A stretch of 64,000 nucleotides of DNA from Treponema sp. (GTDB lineage Bacteria; Spirochaetota; Spirochaetia; Treponematales; Breznakiellaceae). Location of the stretch: NCBI GenBank assembly GCA_031254315.1, contig JAIRUQ010000122.1:7817-71816 (forward strand), read 5' to 3'. Each line of letters opens with the position of its first letter. The first letter of the stretch is position 1. The position numbers and the translations under genes are program-made. Positions 57,616-64,000 of this stretch are shown here, piece by piece. The notes beneath the pieces were generated by a model that saw only the letters and a program-made list of their open reading frames with translations, ran no database searches and was not told where the DNA came from.

Positions 57616-58793
57616 GATTAAAAGTAAATCTGTTAATGGTTATATTTTTTTGTTTTAATGCCGTGTCTTTCGCGCAACCTGTAGCTGTCCCGTGGTGGCT
57701 TTCATTAGAGCAGGGCAAGCAGAACTTCCGCGCCGGGGAATACGGCGCGGCTCTTATATTGTTTGAAGACGCGAGGCGTGACAGACGCGCTATGTATGAA
57801 CAAATGGAGCGTGATTTTATCACCTTCCTTTCTATAAATGAAGTCAGGCGCATTGGCGATTCACTTGACAGAGTAGAACGCTATTCTTATGAACGCCGTT
57901 ATACAAGCGCGTCCAAAGCTCTTGAAGAACTCTACTACCGCATTCCAAAGACAACCTTTAACAATTCTGCGACATCTGCGCTTGCGGCTTTTGACAGATT
58001 AAAAAATTATCCCGAAGCGGAATACTGGATTGGTGAAGTTTATAGAGTTGAAGGAGAATTTCCGCTTGCGCTGACTCAGTATCGCAGGGCGTATTCAATG
58101 CGTGAAACTTTGGAAGACCCCGGTTTTAGTACAACATTGCAGTACAAAATATCCGCTATTCTCAGAACCAGACAGGAATATGTCGAGATGGAAAGGCTTT
58201 ATCTTTCTATTATTAACGAGTTGGATACGCTCTGGGCAAACGCCTCAATACTTGAGGCGAATAATTCGAGTAACGGCGCAAGTACAACTCCTGCTCCCTA
58301 CGCGCAAGCGTCAGCTTCATTCGCGAGATCGGCTATGACAAGAACATTAACAGAGCATGGAATTGATCGTTTCATGGAATTGTATCGATACAACAACGGC
58401 ATTGTAGAACAAGCGCACAGACTTTTGGGTTTTTACTATGCCGCGCAAGGACGTTCTGCCGCAGAACAGCATTTAATGTTTTCGTTTCTTATACAAAACA
58501 CAATAATAATAGATGAAGTAAAGCGGCGTCGCTATGATTTTACATTTTCAGACCTATCTGCTCTTTTACGAGAAATAAACAGGAGTGAGCTTCTTATATC
58601 GTATATAAATGAAGTTGAGTATTTTAAAACTATTTATTATTTTGGAAACAGTCTTTACCGTAACGGAAAAACATCTGTAGCGCGCACACTTTGGGAATTT
58701 CTCGCTTCCCAACCACAGTCAGGAGAATGGCAAAACCGCGCCGCCATGCAACTTCGCAATCCGCGCCCGGAACAAGTTGTAGAAATGCCATAA
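57612..58793 (+). CDS. Secreted TPR-like helical protein
   Basis: SFA-Q signal; YPEAEYWIGEVY..EGE..LA..QY TPR. Confidence 0.8.
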   Translation: MRLKVNLLMVIFFCFNAVSFAQPVAVPWWLSLEQGKQNFRAGEYGAALILFEDARRDRRAMYEQMERDFITFLSINEVRRIGDSLDRVERYSYERRYTSASKALEELYYRIPKTTFNNSATSALAAFDRLKNYPEAEYWIGEVYRVEGEFPLALTQYRRAYSMRETLEDPGFSTTLQYKISAILRTRQEYVEMERLYLSIINELDTLWANASILEANNSSNGASTTPAPYAQASASFARSAMTRTLTEHGIDRFMELYRYNNGIVEQAHRLLGFYYAAQGRSAAEQHLMFSFLIQNTIIIDEVKRRRYDFTFSDLSALLREINRSELLISYINEVEYFKTIYYFGNSLYRNGKTSVARTLWEFLASQPQSGEWQNRAAMQLRNPRPEQVVEMP

Positions 58794-58814
58794 AGCGCAA
58801 AATAAATTCCCCTG

Positions 58815-58889
58815 TCGGGCAACCCGGATTTGAACCGGGGACCCCAAGTCCCCCAGACTTGTACGCTAAACCAACTGCGCTATTGCCCG
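58815..58889 (-). tRNA. tRNA-Pro (GGG), no encoded CCA
   Basis: CGGGCAA acceptor, TAGCGCAGTTGG D-arm, CAAGT-CTGGGGG-ACTTG anticodon arm, GGTTCAAATCC T-loop. Confidence 0.95.
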
Positions 58890-59025
58890 GCAGGGGAATC
58901 TCATGATACAGTAACAAAACGGCTCTTCTTTGTCAATCGCGCAAAAACTCTATTTTTCGTTTTTTGTGGATAAAATCATTGAGAACGGTTGGAATTATAC
59001 ATTTTTTGTGGTAAAATAAATGTAT

Positions 59026-59604
59026 ATGGCAACTAAGTCAGTACAGATAAAAAAAATAATTTATGAGATTCGCGGGCAAAAGGTCATGCTTGACCGTGAT
59101 CTGGCAGGATTATATGACGTTGAATTAAAGGCTATGAATCAGGCTGTCAAACGTAATATTAAGCGTTTCCCACCTGATTTTATGTTCCAGTTAACTCAAA
59201 GAGATTGGAATATTTTGCGGTCACAATTTGTGACCGCAAAAGAGTGGAGTAATTTGCGGTCGCAAATTGCGACCGCAAATATCTCTAAAGTGAGATACCG
59301 TCCTTATGTCTTCACCGAACATAGCGTACTTATGCTATCAAATGTACTTAACTCACCAAAAGCAATTAGTATGAGCATACAAATAATAAGAGTTTTTGAC
59401 AAGCTAAGAAAATACGCATTGGAACAAACATTCAAAGATATACGAATAGAGGAACTGCATAATCTCTTAATGCTTCATATTGAGAATAACGATTATAAAT
59501 TCTCAAAATATGATAAGACAATGAAACAAATCATATCTGCCTTAAACAATCTTATTGAGCATCCCCCAAAAACAAAAACAATTGGATTTACCGCTGAAAA
59601 TTAG
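59026..59604 (+). CDS. ORF6N-domain DNA-binding protein
   Basis: IYEIRGQKVMLDRDLA.LY.V....NQAVKRN..RFP.DFMFQLT, PYVFTEH...LS.VLNS, IGF; ATG 59026 or 59020. Confidence 0.92.
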   Translation: MATKSVQIKKIIYEIRGQKVMLDRDLAGLYDVELKAMNQAVKRNIKRFPPDFMFQLTQRDWNILRSQFVTAKEWSNLRSQIATANISKVRYRPYVFTEHSVLMLSNVLNSPKAISMSIQIIRVFDKLRKYALEQTFKDIRIEELHNLLMLHIENNDYKFSKYDKTMKQIISALNNLIEHPPKTKTIGFTAEN

Positions 59605-59727
59605 GGCAATGAGTAATTAGCAGTGAGTAATGAGAAGATAGCTCTTTAATAACTCACTTTTACTGTTTACTTCAAATCGCTAATCGTGTGTTGTTCATTC
59701 TCCGCTTTCTAAGTGCCCCATTGCTAA

Positions 59728-61398
59728 TTACTTTAGTATCGACTTATCATAATCCTCAGGCGGAAGGAAGCCTAACAACTGCATACAGGTTGCGGCAATG
59801 GAACTGATCCCAAGCCCTTCGTTTAAACTGCTTTCTTTCGGCTCATTTTTATATTCGCCCTTGTATTCAGGATCGTAGATGATGCATGGAACGGGATTAA
59901 GGCTGTGGCTTGTTTTCGCTTTTGGCGTTCCGTCTTCTTTGAGAGAAACCGCGCCTGTTTTCTTGTCATGCTCGAACATATCATCGCTGTTACCGTGATC
60001 GGCTGTTATGAGCATTACAGCTCCGGCATCATCAACGGCTTTTACGAGCCTGCCAAGCTGAATGTCCATGCCTTCCATAGAACAGACAACCGCCTGATAA
60101 ATGCCGGTATGTCCTACCATGTCTCCGTTAGGATAGTTGAGACGGATAAAATCATATTTGCCGGAGTGAATTGCGGCAATAACCTGATCGGTAATTTCAG
60201 CGCACTTCATCCACGGACGCTGTTCAAAGGGAATGACATCGCTTTTTATTTCAACAAAGTCTTCAAGTTTTTCATCGAACTTGCCGGTGCGGTTTCCGTT
60301 GAAAAAGTAGGTGACGTGTCCGTATTTTTGAGTTTCGGAAATAGCAAGCGTTTTTACTCCGCTTGCCGCAAGATATTCGCCCATTGTGCGGTCGATTGAA
60401 GGAGGACTGACAAGGTAGCGTTTTGGAACATGGAGGTCGCCGTCGTATTCCATCATTCCGGCGTAGCACACTTTTGGACGGCGCACACGGTCAAACTTGT
60501 TAAAGTTGTCATCTTCAAAAGCGGCTGTAATTTCCAAAGCGCGATCGCCACGGAAGTTAAAATATACGATAGAGTCTCCGTCTTCGATAGTGCCGATGGG
60601 TTTTCCGCCCTCGGCTATTACAAATTCTTTTAAGTCCTGATCAATAATGCCCGGTATTTCTTTGCGGTAAGTTTCAACCGCTGTTCGCGCCGAGGCAAAT
60701 TGCCGCACTGTTCCCAAAACGTGAGTCTGCCAGCCACGATGAACCATTTCCCAGTCCGCGCCGTAGCGATCCATCGTGATCCACATGCGTCCTCCGCCTG
60801 ATCCAATCTTCGCGTCAAAATTGCCGTCGCTTAGCTCTTTTAAAAACGCTTCAAAAGGATCGACATATTCAAGGGCGCTTGTCTCTCCAACATCGCGTCC
60901 GTCAAACAGAACATGAACGCGAACGCGCTTAACGCCGTCTTTTTTTGCCTGCGCGATCATCGCTTTAAGGTGATCCATGTGGCTGTGAACATTGCCGTCC
61001 GAAAAAAGCCCTAAAAAGTGAAGGGTAGGATTCTTGCCTGCGCCGCTTTTTACATTGCTGACAATTTCTTTCCATGCAGTGCCTTCAAACATCGCCCCTG
61101 TTTCAATAGACTTTGAAACAAGCGCCGCGCCTTGATTGAACACCCGTCCGCACCCCATCGCGTTATGCCCGACTTCGCTATTTCCCATATCTTCATCGGA
61201 GGGAAGACCGACAGCAGTCCCGTGAGCCTTCAGTTTTGTATGGGGGCATTTAGCGGTTAAAGCATTTAAGTGGTACATTTTTGAATCGGCGACAGCGTCA
61301 CCTTCCTTGTATTTTCCGTAACCAACACCGTCCATAATAACAAGTACTACAGGACCTTTGCGACCCTTCCATGCCGGATTTTTTTTCAAAGCGTTCAT
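59728..61398 (-). CDS. gpmI: 2,3-bisphosphoglycerate-independent phosphoglycerate mutase
   Basis: IMDGVG, MGNSEVGH, SDGNVHSH, DGRD, NFRGDRA, ETQKYGHVTYFFNG, DMVGHTG, TADHGN. Confidence 0.96.
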   Translation of the reverse strand: MNALKKNPAWKGRKGPVVLVIMDGVGYGKYKEGDAVADSKMYHLNALTAKCPHTKLKAHGTAVGLPSDEDMGNSEVGHNAMGCGRVFNQGAALVSKSIETGAMFEGTAWKEIVSNVKSGAGKNPTLHFLGLFSDGNVHSHMDHLKAMIAQAKKDGVKRVRVHVLFDGRDVGETSALEYVDPFEAFLKELSDGNFDAKIGSGGGRMWITMDRYGADWEMVHRGWQTHVLGTVRQFASARTAVETYRKEIPGIIDQDLKEFVIAEGGKPIGTIEDGDSIVYFNFRGDRALEITAAFEDDNFNKFDRVRRPKVCYAGMMEYDGDLHVPKRYLVSPPSIDRTMGEYLAASGVKTLAISETQKYGHVTYFFNGNRTGKFDEKLEDFVEIKSDVIPFEQRPWMKCAEITDQVIAAIHSGKYDFIRLNYPNGDMVGHTGIYQAVVCSMEGMDIQLGRLVKAVDDAGAVMLITADHGNSDDMFEHDKKTGAVSLKEDGTPKAKTSHSLNPVPCIIYDPEYKGEYKNEPKESSLNEGLGISSIAATCMQLLGFLPPEDYDKSILK

Positions 61399-61459
61399 GT
61401 TTATCTCCTTTACAAGATTATAGACGATTATTGTATTTCTTTACAACGGCTCACTGTGC

Positions 61460-61495
61460 AAAAAAAAAGACGGGTTCCTTACGACCCGTCTTTTT
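61460..61495 (-). terminator. Intrinsic terminator of hemerythrin copy 2
   Basis: AAAAAGACGGGT...ACCCGTCTTTTT. Confidence 0.8.
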
Positions 61496-61507
61496 AAGAT
61501 TTTTTTA

Positions 61508-61975
61508 CTACGCTACATCCGCTTTTGTGATAGTCAATTTTCCGTTAGTTTTACGAGTGGCGATTTGCCGGAAATATTGGGCGTACTGCGCATCCATAAA
61601 GGCTATATGGGACAAGACCCAATCTTTAAGAAAATAGGCAAATTTTTCCAAAACCAGTCTTTTTCCCGCTTCAAAATCCTTTACACTTTTAACTACGGTC
61701 AGCGTAAATTCGTCATGTTTTCTTTTGTGCACAGTATAGCCCGGGAATTTGGTCATGACCATTAATCTTTCTTCGGTCGCAAAGTGTTCTTTTACATACT
61801 GTATTGCCTGATGGATAACTTCTTGAAAATAGAGCCGTTCCTGTTTTTCATCACCGCTGACATGATTGAATAAATCATTGACAAAGACCAACAGCCCTTT
61901 GTGCTGTTCGTCGATCTGTTTTATTCCCAATGAATAACTGTTTGACCATGTAACATACTCAATTTTTACACTCAT
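61508..61975 (-). CDS. Bacteriohemerythrin
   Basis: IDEQH, HFATEE, HKRKH, WVLSHI...D iron ligands; AAGGAG before ATG 61975. Confidence 0.93.
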   Translation of the reverse strand: MSVKIEYVTWSNSYSLGIKQIDEQHKGLLVFVNDLFNHVSGDEKQERLYFQEVIHQAIQYVKEHFATEERLMVMTKFPGYTVHKRKHDEFTLTVVKSVKDFEAGKRLVLEKFAYFLKDWVLSHIAFMDAQYAQYFRQIATRKTNGKLTITKADVA

Positions 61976-62190
61976 AAATAACTCCTTTATATTTAATATA
62001 CGAAAAAGAAGATTCAAAGTACATTAAAATAATTATAAAGCGACTTAAAAGCATTCAAAATTTCAACAGTTTCTACCGAGCAAATCTGCGCCGTGCATAG
62101 CTGAATATTCCGGTTTATCGAGAGGTTCTTCCTTATAAAATCGCATTTTTGCCGGACTTTAGTCCGATGGCTATAGCCTGAAAAAATGCA

Positions 62191-62229
62191 TGACTTTTGA
62201 GAGAACCAACCGGGTTCTCTCAAAAGTCA
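62191..62229. repeat. Perfect 17-bp inverted repeat
   Basis: TGACTTTTGAGAGAACC-N5-GGTTCTCTCAAAAGTCA; next to a CGGAC-TTTA-GTCCG REP-like hairpin. Confidence 0.85.
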
Positions 62230-62256
62230 AATGTACACTTCCACAGGCGGTGATGC

Positions 62257-62289
62257 AAAAAAAGACGAGTTCCTTGCGACTCGTCTTTT
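62257..62289 (-). terminator. Intrinsic terminator of hemerythrin copy 1
   Basis: AAAAAGACGAGT...ACTCGTCTTTT. Confidence 0.8.
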
Positions 62290-62299
62290 ATAAGTTTTT

Positions 62300-62770
62300 T
62301 TACTGCGTTACATCCGCTTTTGTGATAGTCAATTTTCCGTTAGCTTTTCGAGTGGCGATTTGCCGGAAATATTGGGCGTATTGCGCATCCATAACGGCTA
62401 TATGGGACAAGACCCAGTCTTTAAGAAAATAGGCAAATTTTTCCAAAACCAGTCTTTTTCCCGCTTCAAAATCTTTTACGCTTTTTACTACGGTCAGCGT
62501 AAATTCGTCATGAGTTTTTTTGTGTACAGCATAGTCCGGAAATTTTGTCATGACCATGAATTTTTCTTCGGTCGCAAAGTGTTCCTTTATATACTGTACT
62601 GCCTGCTGGACAACTTCTTGAAAATAGAGTCGTTCCTGTCTTTCATCTCCGCTGGCATGATTGAATAAATCATTGACAAAGTCCAACAGTCCCTTATGTT
62701 GCTCGTCAATCTGTTTTATTCCCATTGAATAACTGTGAGACCATGTAACATGCTCAATTTGTTTAGCCAT
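62300..62770 (-). CDS. Bacteriohemerythrin (tandem paralog)
   Basis: Same ligand motifs; nearly identical C-terminal half to 61508-61975. Confidence 0.93.
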   Translation of the reverse strand: MAKQIEHVTWSHSYSMGIKQIDEQHKGLLDFVNDLFNHASGDERQERLYFQEVVQQAVQYIKEHFATEEKFMVMTKFPDYAVHKKTHDEFTLTVVKSVKDFEAGKRLVLEKFAYFLKDWVLSHIAVMDAQYAQYFRQIATRKANGKLTITKADVTQ

Positions 62771-62910
62771 ATATAACTCCTTACTATATATTATACAATG
62801 AAGAGTTTATTTTGTACATTGAAAAGATTTGCGCGCCGGCGTAAAAGACTTCAGAATTTCAATGTTTTATACCTGTTGAATTTGCCCCGCAATATTCCGG
62901 TTGTCCTTAT

Positions 62911-63135
62911 ATTTAGCCTTTTTTTTGTAAAATACTATCCATGTAAATTTAAAGTTGAAGTTAAAATTTGCATGGATAAAATATAGGCTATTTTTTGCGT
63001 TTTTTAAGGTATATCTGTAAAAATAATATCCCGGCTCCCCCTTGCATTTAGCCCTTTTTTGTAGTAAATTACTCATGTAGATTTAAATTTAAAGTTTAAA
63101 TTTGCATGGATAAAATATGGACTATTTTTTGCGTT
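62911..63135. repeat. About 90-bp imperfect direct repeat containing a palindrome
   Basis: ATTTAGCC..CATGTA.ATTTAAA...AAATTTGCATGGATAAAATAT.G.CTATTTTTTGCGTT at 62911-63002 and 63046-63135. Confidence 0.8.
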
Positions 63136-64000
63136 ATATTGAAACATCTCTTCTTGAATCGTTAATGAATTTTCCGGTTACTGCCATTACCGGTCCACGT
63201 CAGTGCGGTAAATCTAATCTGGTAAAACGGTTAATCAACGGGGATATATTGAGAAAGACAAAAAGACGCAGTAGAGCGCTTGAAAAACTTTTGTCCGGTT
63301 TGGTTTATCTTGATTTGGAGCGACCCTCGGATCTAAGAAAATTGGATAATGCCGAGTGGTTTCTAGGTTCCCAAAAGGGAAAACTTGTCTGCATTGATGA
63401 GATTCAGCGCAAGCCAGAACTTTTTCCGCTGATTCGCAGTCTTGTGGATGAGTGGGACAGATCGGGATGTTTTCTCATTCTTGGCTCAGCTTCGCGCGAC
63501 CTTCTCAAGCAAAGTTCTGAATCGTTGGCAGGAAGGGTTTCTTACAAGCGGCTTACTCCTTTCTTGTGGGGGGAGATTGAGGGGAAATATTCTATGGAAC
63601 GGTATTTTTCCGCAGGCGGTTTTCCGCGAAGTATTCTTGTCAATGACAGGAAGGTATCTTATCAATGGCGCGAGGATTTTATTTCTACATTTCTTGAGAG
63701 GGATTTGCTTCAATGGAGAGAGTTTACTCCAAAGGCTATGGGTCGGCTCTGGCGCATGCTTGCCCACATAAACGGACAGACGGTAAATTATTCGACATTG
63801 GCTTCTTCTTTGGGAATTAGTTCCGTGTCTGTTAAGAAACATATTGATCTGCTTGCGAGTACCTATATGGTAGAGGTAGTTTCGCCGTGGTTTTCCAATT
63901 TGAACAAACGGCTTGTCAAAGCGCCGAAAGTGTACATTGCCGATTCGGGAATAACCGCCGCATTGTTGGGGCTTCGTTCCTTTGATGAGTTATCAGGGCA
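63117..64000 (+). CDS. AAA+ ATPase, COG1373 (AAA_14/DUF4143) type; runs off the right edge
   Basis: Not in the ORF track. Manual translation: ITGPRQCGKS, IDEIQ, LILGSAS, SESLAGR, GGFP, TFLERD, KRLVKAPKVYIADSG. Confidence 0.92.
   Translation, partial: MDYFLRYIETSLLESLMNFPVTAITGPRQCGKSNLVKRLINGDILRKTKRRSRALEKLLSGLVYLDLERPSDLRKLDNAEWFLGSQKGKLVCIDEIQRKPELFPLIRSLVDEWDRSGCFLILGSASRDLLKQSSESLAGRVSYKRLTPFLWGEIEGKYSMERYFSAGGFPRSILVNDRKVSYQWREDFISTFLERDLLQWREFTPKAMGRLWRMLAHINGQTVNYSTLASSLGISSVSVKKHIDLLASTYMVEVVSPWFSNLNKRLVKAPKVYIADSGITAALLGLRSFDELSG

Noticed and set aside
58630-58917. Short ORFs on both strands
   Set aside because: They overlap the tRNA-Pro gene and the end of the TPR gene.
58815-59604. 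Prophage or ICE integrated at tRNA-Pro
   Set aside because: No integrase and no duplicated tRNA 3' end; only a lone ORF6N gene, on the 5' side of the tRNA.
62080-62100. Sigma54 promoter upstream of hemerythrin (GGCGCAGATTTGC on the minus strand)
   Set aside because: GG-to-GC spacing is 9 nt, not the required 10.
61508-62770. Near-identical segments as a DGR template/variable repeat pair
   Set aside because: Both are complete genes, differences are not adenine-specific, and no reverse transcriptase is present.

Overview
AT-rich bacterial chromosomal segment whose gene content, lipoprotein signal peptides and repeats suggest a spirochaete, probably a Treponema/Breznakiella-like gut lineage (inference). 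The housekeeping backbone is pckG (partial), parE/parC, glpK, prs, an ECF transporter, mltD, yajC-secD-secF, ispH, murE, ispG, tRNA-Pro(GGG), gpmI and two tandem hemerythrins. It is interleaved with envelope genes: a four-member family of small C-terminal beta-barrel proteins next to Ig-fold lipoproteins, two HAMP class III adenylate cyclases, an RlpA/SPOR protein with an (REA)n helix and a large beta-rich surface protein. Best candidates for undescribed systems: (1) a cyclase - FecR-like - beta-barrel operon that looks like a trans-envelope cAMP signalling relay; (2) barrel + lipoprotein modules, one of which splits parE from parC; (3) a mobile CACGGAG/CTCCGTG palindrome family, one copy of which is inserted in frame, with an 11-bp target duplication, into the MltD signal peptide. 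Also seen: integrase-free attC-like cassette remnants, an Rpn nuclease with an internal SD/ATG for a small antitoxin, perfect palindromes inside an ORF6N gene, and many apparently leaderless genes. No CRISPR array, rRNA, reverse transcriptase or intact IS transposase was recognised. All calls are from reading motifs by eye; no database search was run.
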